From NCBI RefSeq assembly GCF_009914755.1, contig NC_060926.1: 64,000 nt of DNA. One strand, written 5' to 3'. This DNA is from the human T2T-CHM13v2.0 reference genome, Homo sapiens. This document shows positions 51,606 through 64,000 of the stretch, piece after piece. The position numbers and the translations under genes are program-made. The stretch's first letter is position 1. Every line of letters begins with the position of its first letter. The notes under the pieces are model-generated. The model had not been told where the DNA came from. It worked only from the letters and a program-made list of their open reading frames with translations, and did no database searches.

Positions 51606-53941
51606 TGTATTAGTCTGTTTTCACACTGCTTTAAAGATACTACCAGAAGCTGAGTCATTTGTAAACAAAAGAGGCTTAGTTGACTCACAGTTCTGCATGG
51701 CTAAGGAGGCCTCAACAAACTTACAGTCATGGTGGAAGGCAAAGGGGGGAAGCAGGAACCTTCTTCACAAGGTAGCAGGAGAGAGAGAGTGCACATGGGG
51801 AAATGCCATTTTTTAACACCTTCAGATCTTGTGAAAGCTCCCTCACTATCATGAGGATAGTATGGGGGAAATGGCTCCTGTGACCCAATCACCTCCAACA
51901 AGGTCCCTCCTTCAAAATGAGAGGATTACAACTCCAGATGAGATTTGGATGGGGACAGAGAGTCAGACCTGGAGACCCTTGCAAATCTCACATTCTCACA
52001 TTTCAAAACCTTCATGCCTTCCCAACATTGCCCCATAGTCTTAACTCATTCCAGGAGTAACCCAAAAGTCCAACTCCAAAGTTTCATCTGAGACAAGGCA
52101 TGTTTCTTCTGCCTATGAGCCTGTAAAATCAAAACCAAGTTAGTTACTTCCCAGATACAATGGAGGTACAGGCATTGGGTAAATGTTCCCATTCCAAATG
52201 GGAGAAATTAGCCAAAACAAAGGAGCCACATGCCCCATGCAAGTTCAAAACCCGACTGGGCAGTCATTAAATCTTAAAGCTCCAAAATCTACTTTAATTC
52301 AAAGTTTCACATCCAGAGAATGCTGTTGCTAGTGATGGGCTCCCAAGGCATTGGCCATCTCCACCCCCTGTGGCTCTGCAAGGTATAGACCCTGTGGCTG
52401 CTTTCACAGGCTGACGAGTGCCTACAGCTTTTCCAAGTGCATGGTACAAGCTGTTGGTGGATCTACCATTCTGGGGTCTGGAGGATGCTGGGAATCTTCT
52501 CACAGCTCCACGAGGCAGTGCCCCAGGGGGACTCTGTGTTTTGGCTTCAACCTCAATATTTCCCCTCTGCATTGCCCTAGTAGAGGTTCTCCATGAAGGC
52601 TCCTCCCCTGCAACAGACTTCTGCCTGGACATCCAGGCATTTCATATATCCTCTGAAATCTAGGCAGAGGTTCCCAAAGCTCAACTCTTGTCTTCCATGC
52701 ACCCACACCATGCAAGGCCCAAAACCATGTGGTAGCCACCAAGACTTGTGGCTTGCACCCCTTGAAACAACAGCCTGAGCTTTACATTGGCCCCTTTTAG
52801 CCACGGCTGGAGCTGGAGCAGCTGCAATGCAAGGCGCCAAGTTCCAATGCTGCACAGAGCAGTGTGGCCCTTGACCTGACCCACAAAACTATTTTTCCCT
52901 CCCAGGCCTTCAGGCCTGTGATGGGAGGGGCTGCCATGAAGGTCTCTGATATGTCCTGCAGGCATTTCCCCCATTTTCTCAGCTATTAGCATTCAGCTTC
53001 TCATTACTTATGCAAATTTCTGCAGCTGGCTTGAATTCCTCTACAGAAAAGTTATTTTTTCTTTTTTACCACACAGCCAGGCTTCAAGTTTTCCAAACCT
53101 TTATGCTCTGCTTCCCTTTTAAACATAAGTTCCAATTTCAAACCATCTCTTTGTGAATGCATATAACTGAATGCTTTCAGAATAAGTCAGGTCACATCTT
53201 GAATGCTTTGCTGTTTAGAAATTTCTTCTGCCAGTACCCTAAATCATCTCTTTCAAGTTCAAAGTTACACAGATTTCTAGTGCAGGAGAAAAATGCTGCC
53301 AGTCTCTTTGCTAAAGCATAGCAAGAGTGACCGTTACTCCATTTCCCAATAAGTTGCTCATCTCCATCTGAGACCACCTCAGCCTGGATGTTATTACTGA
53401 TATCACTATCAGCATTTAGTCAAAACCATTCAACAACTCTCGGCAAAGTTCCAAACTTCCTCACATCTTCCTGTCTTCTTCTGAGGCCTCCAAACTGTTC
53501 CAACCTCTGTTTCTAACCAATTTCAAAGTTGCTTTCACATTTTTGGGTTATCTTTATAGCAGCATTACATTCCTGGTACCAATTATCTGTATTAGTCCAT
53601 TTTCACACTGCTATAAAGATACTACCTGAGACTGATAATTTATAAACAAAAGAGTTTTAAATGACTCACAGTTCCTCATGGCTGAGGAGGCCTCAGGAAT
53701 CTTACAATCATGGTGGAAGGTGAATGGGAAGTCTTCACAAGGCAGAAGGGAAAGCGAGAGCATAGGAAACTGCCATGTCTAAAACCATCAGATCTCCTGA
53801 GAACTCCCTCACTATCACGAGAATAGCATGAGGGAAACTGCCCACATGATCCAATCACATCCCACCAGGTTCCTCCCTTGACACATGGGGATTACAATTT
53901 GAGATGATATTTGGGTAGGGACACAGAACCAAACCATATCA
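51606..53941 (-). mobile_element. Complete MST (MSTA-like) MaLR provirus: 5' LTR 53588-53941, internal ~51970-53587, 3' LTR 51606-~51969
   Basis: Two homologous LTRs, both beginning TGTATTAGTC on the + strand, flank a ~1.6-kb MST/THE1-int type sequence (CATCTGAGACAAGGCA, GGTACAGGCATTGGGTAAAT, CTGGTACCAATT); perfect TSD GTTGT at 51601-51605 and 53942-53946. Confidence 0.95.
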
Positions 53942-54566
53942 GTTGTGATATAACCTTTTAGGAGTCAAGAGATCAATTATCAAGATTTGTATACTCTAAG
54001 CTTCTTGAACTTCAGTACTCTCATCGGTGAAATGGTTCTAATTACAATAACTGATGAATATTTAGCACTGGTAAAGAAGTCAGTTGAATACAAAAATAAT
54101 GGAAAAAAATGTATATGCAAAATGCATTTTTGTGTTTAATACTGACACTGATTTCAGCCATGTCATTCTTGCAGAAGTGTGTAAATATTCATATTTTTCT
54201 ATCTAAATAAGATTTGCACGTTACATGGCAAATAATCACTATGGTGCAGTGGAGATAACCCTGATCCTGCCACTTGAGAAGATGAAATGGAATTAGAAAG
54301 AGACAGGGATGAAGATTCAGGCAAACTGGATTAAATTCCACCCACCCCTAAACTCCATTAAGTGAGATCTTGGGAATGTGTCTTAACATGATCATCAATT
54401 TTGCCAGTGGTACAATGAAGATAGTAGTGCTGACCTCAAAGGATTGCCAGGAATTAAAATTTTAAAATGAGATAATATTGAAATTGTCCAGAATGATGCC
54501 TGGCACTATGCAGTCACTCAACGTTGGCTAATTCTGGTACTTCTTAGAGTTCAAAGATGGGTAGAT

Positions 54567-55168
54567 TGTATTATTTTCACTTCCTGTGAAACAAATTGCC
54601 ATACACTTAGTGGCTTAAAATAACACCCATTTATTTGCTCACAGTTCTGTAGGTCAGAAGCCCAACAAGATGAGACTGGGTCCTCAGGCTCTTACAAGAT
54701 CAAGATGTTGGCCAGGCCAACTTTCTGGCTGGAGGCTCTGGGGGAAAAATCACTTCTGAGTTCATTCCAGTTGGCAAAAATCAGTTTCTTCCAGATGTTG
54801 GTTTGGGGTCCCGCTCTCTTGCTAACTGCCAACTGTAGGGTGTTCTTAGCTCTTAGAGGCTACCTGCATTCCTTCTCTTCAGGCTCCTTCTTCAAGCCAG
54901 CAAGGGAACATCAGAACTTTAGGTGCTTTGAGTCTCTGACTTCCTTTTCTGCAACCAGACAGAGAAAACTCTCTCCCTTTAAGGGGCTCTCATCATTAGG
55001 TCAGACCCACCCAGATCATCACTTTATCTTAAGGTCAACTGCATCATATAACAAAACCTGATCCTGGGAGGTATAGCTCACCCTATTTATAGTACTGAGG
55101 ACCTGCAGGGCTTACACACCAGGGAGATGGGAAAACTTGATCCTCATCTCAGAATTCTGCCAACTATA
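54567..55168 (-). mobile_element. MLT1 (E/F-like) solo LTR
   Basis: TTAGTGGCTTAAAATAACACCCATTTATTTGCTCACAGTTCTGTAGGTCAGAAG...GGAGGCTCTGGGGGAAAA...CTCAGAATTCTGCC. Confidence 0.82.
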
Positions 55169-55479
55169 GTTGATGTTTTCTTTATGCTACTTCCTAGCTT
55201 TGTGAACATGGCCAAAAGGACCCTTCTCAATATCCCTGCCTTCTGCCACATATTCATAAACATAAAGCAGGGTAGGGTAGGGAAATCAGTCTACTCCAAA
55301 GGATTATTATCAGTTTCACATAAGACAGAGAATGCAGAACATTTGTAAGCTGTAAAGTGCCTTTTCTTAATCACACATTTCTCTTTGCATAGCATTTTTT
55401 AAATTCTTACATTGCATTGCATTTGTTACAAATCCATCATTTTCTCTAGAATTCTAAAATGGATGGCAGTAGATATGTT

Positions 55480-58400
55480 ATTTATTTTATTTTATTTTTT
55501 AATGTTTTTTATTTCAATAGGTTTTTGAAGAACAGGTTGTGTTTGGTTACAAGAATGGGTTCTTTAGTGGTGATTTTTAAATTTTGATGCACTCATAACC
55601 CAAGCAATGTACACCATACCCAATGTGTAGTCTTTTATTTCTCATCTCCCTCTCAGTCTTTCCCCAAGTCCCCAAAGTCCATTGTATCATTCTTATGCGT
55701 TTGTGTCCTCATAACTTAGCTCCCACCATATGATGTCGGGTTTTCCATTCCTGAGTTACTTCACTTAGAATAATAGTCTCCAGTTCCATCCAGGTTGTTG
55801 CAAATGCCATTATTTCATTCCTTTTTATGACTGAGTAGTATTTCATGGTGTGTGTGTGTATATATATATCATATTTTCTTTATCCACTTGGTGATTGATG
55901 GGCATTTGGGCTGGTTGTTCTGCTATAAACATGCATGTGCAAGTATCTTTTTCATATAAATGACTTCTTTTCCTCTGGGTAGATGCCTAGTAGTGGGATT
56001 GTTGGATCAAACCTTTGATCCAACTAAAGTAGATCCACCTTTAGTACTTTAGTGCATCTCCATACTATTTTCCATAGTGTTTGTACTAGTTTACATTCCC
56101 ACCAACAGTGTAAAAGTGTTCTCTTTTCACTACATCCATACCAACATTTATTATCTTTTCATTTTTTTATTATGGCCATTGTTGCAGGAGTGAGGTGTTA
56201 TTGAATTGTAGTTTTGATTTGCATTTCCCTGATAATTAGTGATGTTAAGCATTTTTCCATATGCTTGTTGGCCATTTGTATATCTTTTTTTGAGAATTGT
56301 CTATTTATGTCCTTAGCCCACTTTTTGATCAGATTGATTTATTTTCTTACTGAATTGTTTGAATTCTTTGTAGATTCTGGATATTCGTCCTTTGTCAGAT
56401 ATATAGACTGTGAAGATTTTCTCCCACTCTGTATGTTGTCTTTTAACTGCTGATTATTTATTTTGCTGTGCAGAAGCTTTTTTGTTAACTAAGTCCCATC
56501 TATTTATCTTTGTTTTTGTTGTATTTGCTTTTGGGTTCTGTGTCACAAAGTCTTTGCCTAAGCAATGTCTGGGCAGGGTGGGGGTGGGGTTTCTGATGTT
56601 ATCTTCTAGAATTTTTATGGTTTCTGGTCTTAGATTTAAGTCTTTGATCTATCTTGAGTTGATTTTTGTATAAGGTGAGAGATGAGGATCCAGTTTCATT
56701 CTTCTGCATGTGGCTTGCCAATTATCCCAGCGCCATTTGTTCAATAGGGTGTCCTTTCATTCTTTATGTTTTTGTTGGCTTTGTCAAAGATCAGTTGGCT
56801 GTAACTATCTGGCTTTATTTTTGGATTATCTATTCTGTTCCTTGGTCTATGTGCCTCTTTTTATACCAGTACCATGTTGTTTGGGTGACTATGGCCTTAA
56901 AGTATAGTTTGAAGTCAGGTAATGTGATGCCTCCAGATTTGTTCTTTTTCCTTAGTCTTGCTTTTGTTTCGCAGGCTCTTTTTTCATTTTACACTAATGT
57001 TAAGATTGTTTTTTCTAGTTCTGTGAAGAATGATGGTGGTATTTTGATGGGAATTGTATTGAATTGGTAGATTGCTTTGGCAGTATGGTCATTTTCACAA
57101 TATTGATTCTACCCTTCCATGAGCATGGAAGGTGTTTCCGTTTGTTTGTGTTGTCTATGATTTCTTTCAGCAGTGTTTTGTAGTTTTCCTTGTAGAGGTC
57201 TTTCACCTCCTTGGTTAGGTATATTCCTAAGTATTTTATTTTTTGTTGCAGCTATTGTAACACAGGTTGAGTTCTTGATTTGATTCTCAGCTTTGTCACT
57301 GTTGGTGTATAGCAGAGCTACTGATTTGTGTACATTGATTTTGTATCCTGAAACTTTGCTTAATTCATTTACCAGTTCTAGGAGCTTTTTGAGTGAGTCT
57401 TGAGGGTTTTCTAGGTATACAATCATGTCATCAGCAAAGAGCAGCAGTTCGATTTCCTCTTTATCAGTTTGGATGCCCTTGATTTTTTTCTCTTGTCTGA
57501 TTGCTCTGGCTAGAACTTCCAGTACCATGTTGAATGGAAGCAGTGAAAGTGGACACACTTGTCTTGTTCTAGTTCTCAGGGGGAATGCTTTCAACTTTCT
57601 CCTGTTCAGTATAATGTTGGCTGTGGGTTTGTCATAGATGGCTTTTATTACCTTAAGGTATGTCCCTTCCATTCAGATTTTGCTGAAAGTTTTAATCATA
57701 AAAGGATGCTGGATTTTGTCAAAAGTGTTTTCTGCATCTATTGAGATGATCATGTGATTTATGTTTTTAATTCTGTTTATGTGGTGTATAACATTTATTG
57801 ACTTGTGGTTGTTAAACCATTTCCACATCACTGGTATGAAACCCACTTGATCATGGTGGATTTTCTTTTTGATGATATGCTGTTGGACTCAGTTAGCTAG
57901 TATTTTTTGAGGATTTTTGCATCTATGTTTACCAGGGGTATTGGCCTACAGTTTCTTTTTTTGTTATGTCCTTCCCTGGTTTTGGAATTAGGGTAATATT
58001 GGTTTCATAGAATGATTTAGGGAGAATTCCCTCCTTCTCTTTTCTGTAGAATAGTGTCAGTAGGATTGGGACCAATTCTTCTTTGAATGTCTGATAGAAT
58101 TGAGCTGTGAATCTGTCTTGTCCTGGACTTTTTTTGTTGACAATTTTTAAATTCCCATTTCAATCTTGCTGTTTGTTATTGGTCTGTTCAGAGTTTCTAT
58201 ATCTTTCTGGCTTAATGTAGGAGGGTTGTGTATTTCCAGGAATCTATCCATCTCCTCTAGATTTTCTAGTTTGTGCATGTAAAGGTGTTTACAGTAGTCT
58301 TGAATAACCTTTTGTATTTCTTTGGTATCAGTAGTAATATCTCTTATTTCATTTCTAGTTGAGCTTATTTGGATCTTTTCTTTTCTTGGTTAATCTTACT

Positions 58401-61400
58401 AACGGTCTATCAATTTATCTTTTCAAAGAACCAGCTTTTTGTTTCATTTATCTTTTGTATTTTTTTTTGTTTCAATTACATTTAGTTCTGCTCTGATCTT
58501 TGTTATTCTTTTCTTCTGCTATGTTTGGGTTGGATTGTTCTTGTTTCTCCAGGTCTGTGAGGTGTGACCTTAGATTATCTATTTGTGCTCTTTCAGACTT
58601 TTTGATGTGGGCATTTAATGCTATGAATTTTCTTCTTAGCACTACTTTTGCTATATCTCAGAGGTTTTGATAAGTTGTGTCACTATTATTGTTCAGTTCA
58701 AAGAATTTTTTAATTGTCATCTTTATTTCATTGTTGACCCAGTGATCATTCAGGAGCAAGTTATTTAATTTCTATGTGTTTGCATGGTTTTGAGGGTTCT
58801 TTTTGGAGTTAATTTCCAATTTTATTCCACTGTGGTCTGAAAGAGTGCTTGATGTAATTTTGATTTTCTTAAATTTACTAAGAGTCATTTTCTGCCATAT
58901 CATATGGTCTATCTTGGAGAATTTTCCATGTGCCGATGAGTAGAATGTATATTTTGCAGTTGTTGGCTAGAATATCCTGTAAATATCTGTTAAGTCCATT
59001 TTTTCTGGATATAGTTCAATTCCATTTTTTTTGTTAACTTTCTGTCTTGATGACATGTGTAGTGCTGTTAGTGGAGTATTAAAATCCCTCACTATTATTG
59101 TGTTGCCATCTCTCTCATTTCTTAAGTCTAGTAGTAATTTTTTTATAAATTTGAGAGCTTCAGTGTTAGATGCATATATATTTAGTATTGTAATCATTTC
59201 CTATTGGACTAGTAGTTTTATTCTATAATGTCCCTCTTTGTCTTTTTAAACTGTTGTTGCTATAAAGTCTGTTTTGTCTGACATAAGAATAGCTACTTCT
59301 GCTCATTTTCAGTGTCCATTTGCATGGAATGTCTTTTTCCACCCCTTTACCTTAAGTTTATGTGGGTCCTTGTGTGTTATGTGAGTCTCCTGAGGACAAC
59401 AGAAACTTGGTTGGTGGATTCTTATACATTCTGCCATTCAATATATTTTAAGTGGGGCATTAGGCCATTTATATTCAATGTTAATATTGAGAAGTGAGAT
59501 ACTATTCTATTTATCATACTATTTCTTGCCTGAATATCTTGTTTTATATTCATTGTGTTATTGTTAGATAGATCCTGTGAGATTTATGCTGTAAGGAGGT
59601 TCTATTTCGATGTATTTTGAGGATTTGTTTCAAGATTTGGATCTCCTTTTAGCAGTTCTTATAGTGCTGACTTGGTAGTGGCGAATTCTCTCAGCATCTG
59701 TTTGTCTGGAAAATACTGTATCTTTCTCTCATTTATGAATCTTAATTTCACCAGATACAAAATTCTTGGCTGATAATTGTTTTGTTTAAGGAGGCTAAAA
59801 ATGGGACCCCAATCACTTCTAGATTATAGGGTTTCTGTGGAGAAATCTGTCATTATTTTGATAAGTTTTCCTTTATAGGTAACCTGATGCTTTTGCCTCA
59901 CAGCTCTTAAGATTATTTGCTTTGTCTTGACTTTAGATAACCTGATGACTATGTGCTTAGGTGATGATCTTTTTGCGATCAGTTTCCCAGGTGTTCTTTG
60001 AGCTTCGTGTATTTGGATGTCTAGATCTCTAGCAAAGCTGGGGAAGTTTTCCTTGATTATTCCCTCGAATATGTTTTTCAGATTTTTAGATTTCTCTTTG
60101 TCCTCAGGAACACCAATTATTCTTAGGTTTAGATGCTCAACACATTCCCAAACTTCTTGAAGGCTTTGTTCATTTTTCTCATTTGTTTTTCTTGGTCTTT
60201 GATGGATGGGGTTAATTTGAAAGGTTTATTTTGAGCTTTGAAGTTCTTTATTCTGCTTTTTTTGTTCAATTGCTAACACATTTCAGTCCATTTTACATTT
60301 GTCTGTGTTCTTGATTTCCAGAAGTTGTGATTGTTTTTATTTGTGCTATTTCATTGAGGAATTTTCCTTTCGTATTCTGTATTATGTTTTTTATTTCTTC
60401 AAGTTAGAGTTCACCTTTCTCTGGTGAACTCTAACTTGATTAGCTTAATAATCCACCTTCTGAATTCTTTTTCTGGCAATTCAGAGATTTCATCTTGGTT
60501 TGGATCTATTGCTGATGAGCTGATGTGATCTTTTGGGGGTGTTAAAGAACCTTGCTCTGTCATATTACCAGAATTGCTTCTCCTCATCTCAGTAGACTAT
60601 ATCAGAGGGATGATCTGGAACCCAACGGCTACTGTTCAGATTATTTTGTCCCACAGGGTGCTCCACTGATGTGGTCTTCTACCCCTTCCTCTAGAGATGG
60701 GGCTTCCTGAGAGCAGAACTGTAGTGATTGTTTTTGCTCCTCCAGCTCTAGCCAGCCAATGGAGCTACTGGGTTGCAGGCTGGTACTTGGGAGTGTCTTC
60801 AGAGTCTGGTGATGTAATCTGTCTTCAGGTCTTGCAGCCATCGATAGTAGCATCTGCTCCAGTGAAGGTAACAGAGGAGTGAAATGGACTCTGTAACGGC
60901 TTTTAGTTGTGTTTTTGTTTAGTGCTCTGGTTTTGTGTTGGTTGGCCTCCAGCCAGGAGATGGCACTTTCAAGAGCGCATCAGCTGTGGTCCTGTAGGGA
61001 AGAAGCAAACTTGCCCTAGGGACACCTGGTTAAGTATTCAGGTAACTCATGTGGTGAGGAGACCCATAGAGCTCCCAGGAGATTATGTCCTTTGCCTTCA
61101 GCAACCTGGGTAGGTAGAGAAAGACCACCAGGTGGGGGCAGGGATAGGGTGTCTGAGCTCAGACTCTTTTTGAGTGGGGCTTGCTGCAGCTGCTGTGAGG
61201 GATGGGGGTGTGCTTCCCAGTCCAATGGAGTTATGTTCCCAGGAGGATTATGGCTGCCTCTGCTGAGTCACAAAGGTAACCAGAGAAGTGGGAGAAAGCC
61301 AGAAGTCACAGGCCTCACCCCACTTCCATGCAGCCCACAGTCCTAAAGGCCAGTCTCACTCCCACTGTGCCTCTACAACAGCAGTGAGTCTATTTCCAGG

Positions 61401-61663
61401 CAGCTGGTCACCAGGACTGAAAACTTGTCCCAGACCACCAGCCTTTCCCGCTGAGAAAGCAAGCTGACTCACAGTTTCTCAGTGTCTCAGGGAGCCTACA
61501 GCGGTGATCCAGTTCCCACAAAGGGTCTGTGGGTTCTCTCAGCTTTCCTGGTATGTTGCTATGGTAGTTCTTGGAGCAAAAGTTCACTATGTAAGTTTCC
61601 ACACGCTGCTCTCTCTCTCTGAGTGGGAGCTGCAAGCTAGGCCTGCCTTCTATCAGCCATCTT
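55480..61663 (-). mobile_element. Near full-length L1PB (L1PB1/2-like), inactive
   Basis: L1PB-type 3' end (TTTGGTTACAAG...CTTTAGTGGTGATTT), continuous ORF2 and ORF1 homology, 5' UTR starting AAGATGGCTGATAGAAGGCAGGCCTAGCTTGCAGCTCCCAC on the - strand; about 6.2 kb; many stops and frameshifts. Confidence 0.93.
57109..57672 (-). pseudogene. L1 ORF2 reverse-transcriptase remnant (187-aa open stretch)
   Basis: [14 protein letters not shown]...KAFPLR...RQVCPLS...[13 protein letters not shown] (RT FADD motif), then a frameshift. Confidence 0.92.
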
Positions 61664-64000
61664 AAATTAATCACGATCTCTGATTTTAACCTCATGATTC
61701 CCGTTATATAAAATTGATCATATTGTGGCAAGTGCTCAATAGATTTTATTCTGACTTTTTGAGCACACAAGAGATTCCAGATCTGTGTGTATTGAGGAAA
61801 GTAATTGGTATCTAATTCTTTCTTGTATTAAAAAGAAAAGTGTATATAGTGTAGAGCAATGCAATTTTTTAATTAAATACATTGGTAAAGATCCTATCAG
61901 TTGTTATTTACCTTTCAATTAACCAATCAATAGATTTGAGGCAGGTACAACATTCTACATTACCAATAAATTTACATTTAAAATCCTGCTTTCCTCATTC
62001 TTTATTTATCAGGGCATCTCACACAATGATGATATCAAATGTGTCTCTTAAAGCATTTGAGAATGTCATGGATTATTACAGAATTATGGCCAAATACCTC
62101 AATCTAATTTTTCTTCCATTTATCCATTATGTTTCAAGAACTTAGGGTAAAGATAAATCAAAGACTCAACAAAGATACACAACAAAGTGCAATAAAGCAA
62201 GCATGAATTTTGGATTCAGACAGAATTGATTTCAAATTCCATCTCTCTCACTTGAAAATGACCTTTTTTCATCTATTTCTTTACATTAAAAAATATATGG
62301 CTACTTATGCCCATCCACAGCCCTACAGTGTGGAGTAGATACCAAGTTGACATTCTTAATTGTGTTCAAATTGAACAGTAGGTTGTTTATAAATAATAGC
62401 TCATATTATTATAAACACTAGAAGTAATAGTATTTTTAGAGGAGTTAAGTCTAGATGTGTTTTGATTTAGTATATTCAATGCTTCATAGAAAAATAACAC
62501 TTATTTGTAATGTAAATCCATTGACTACCCCTGAGTTCTAAATTAAAAGTCTAATCAAGGCTTCGAAAGACAAAATGACTTGTTCAAAGCCACAAATCAG
62601 TGGCCCATCCTGCTTCAGATCCAGAGAAGTGTGGCCCCCAAGCCTGTGGGAGCTCTTAGCTCCCCTCCTTACTGCCCAGTCAACCTGGGAATCCCATTGG
62701 CTGTGGCTTGCTTCCCTGCAGTCAGAGTGAAACCATCATCTTTGCAGACATAAACTTTCTTACAAGTTTAAAAATGTACTTTGGAAAACTAGAACATAGA
62801 ATCTTTTTAAAAGATCTTTATTTTCCCCTGAAGCATCTTCCCGAACAGCCAGCTAGAAGAGACACATCCCCCTACACAAAACCCACACAAGAATATCAAA
62901 ATCTGTTTGATAATGAATTTAAATTTTAAAAAAATCCATACGCTAAAATCATTTTTATTTTTAATTTTTCCCTCTTTTTTCAAATTCATGGACATAATGT
63001 TTCTTATTGCAACGCAGAAACATCTCAAAATAGCTGCCAGAATTTTACAAATAAACATAAAACCAAGGCTTTTGCAGTACAAAAATAGTCCTCACTTCTG
63101 CTCTAAAGGTTGGTTGCCCTTCTAAATCTTTGTTAGGGTTGGGACTACTTTGGCAGCTTAGGCAAGCAGCCACATTTAAATAATTTTTCTAACTGGAGAT
63201 ATTCATACATACAGGAGTTTATGTCTTTACTCTCAAATATGTATGTGCATTAATTTTTTTAAAAAATAGAAGCAGAATATGACTAGAAAGTTAAAAAATA
63301 TAGATGAAATCGATTCAATTGCAATGTAATAACTCTTTATGTTATGGCATAAATTATTGCCCAAAATGTTTGCTATAATAATTGTTATTTTAAAAGTGCC
63401 TACAGAAATAATGATTAATCTTTTATTTAAACTGCTTTCATAATTAAGTAGGGGGAGCCAATGATTTCACTTTTTCATCACAAGAAACTTTTATGATCAG
63501 TGCTATGAGGTATCCTTCCCAGTCCCTTTCCTTGAGGTGCTGGACTTTTCTTTCTAACTGATTAATTTTCTAAAATAAAAAGACAGGTGTTTCCATCAGC
63601 AGTTTATCAAGCTCAAGCCCCGGGATGTTCATTTTGGTGGCTCTACAATTTTTCTTCTCACATAATAGGTAGAAGAATACCCAAGTTTTGATTTGAGTAG
63701 AAAAAGTAAAACATGAATTCAATCAAGAGTTAAATTAATGGCATTTTGCATAATAGAGTAAATCTTTTTCTTTAATTCTTACACCTTACAAAATTAAAAG
63801 CAGAAAATTGAATTTCTCTTTTTCTTCATGGTTCACCGCAGGGCTGTTGAAGACCCTCAGTGGTGTGAGTCCTGCCTCACCTCTTCTCGCCTTCTCCACA
63901 GCTCTGGAAACATTGACTTCCCTCTATGGTTGAAAACTTGCCGAGTTTCTTCCATCCTTTAGCATTCAAATGTTTGTGCTTGCTGTACCTTCTGACTAAG

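Noticed and set aside
52294-53377. Cluster of overlapping 60-110 aa ORFs
   Set aside because: GC-richer MST internal sequence; fragmented, with no intact retroviral gene.
55480-61663. Potentially active L1
   Set aside because: Old L1PB family with numerous stops and frameshifts; the longest ORF2 remnant is only 187 aa, and no clear TSD remains.

Overview
Primate, most likely human, non-coding genomic DNA: AT-rich, CpG-poor and dominated by interspersed repeats. I recognise no protein-coding gene, rRNA, tRNA or CRISPR array. The long ORFs in the track are artefacts of low-complexity or Alu/LTR sequence, or are decayed L1 ORF2. Contents: old L1 pieces (0.3-7.8 kb, 14.5-17 kb, 22.4-23.2 kb), a near full-length L1PB on the minus strand (55.5-61.7 kb), a complete MST (MaLR) provirus with both LTRs and a GTTGT target-site duplication (TSD; 51.6-53.9 kb), many solo LTRs (THE1, MLT1, MLT2A, LTR33, LTR41), eight Alus plus a short Alu remnant, Tigger2a, MER58A, MER53, MIR and L2. 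Repeat subfamily calls come from recalled consensus sequences and need RepeatMasker/Dfam confirmation. The most unusual structures are three. (1) A 2.94-kb essentially pure-purine 35-bp minisatellite whose common unit variant is a perfect mirror repeat, and so triplex-prone. (2) A 310-bp patchwork at 48.9-49.2 kb built from a direct copy of 46.7-46.9 kb fused to an inverted copy of 48.09-48.25 kb. (3) Several template-switch scars: perfect fold-back hairpins inside the L1PB, an out-of-order ORF2 piece inside another L1, and a perfect 47-bp duplication in Tigger2a. Candidate enhancer motif clusters and possible minus-strand non-coding exons are reported as hypotheses only. I found no convincing new gene system.
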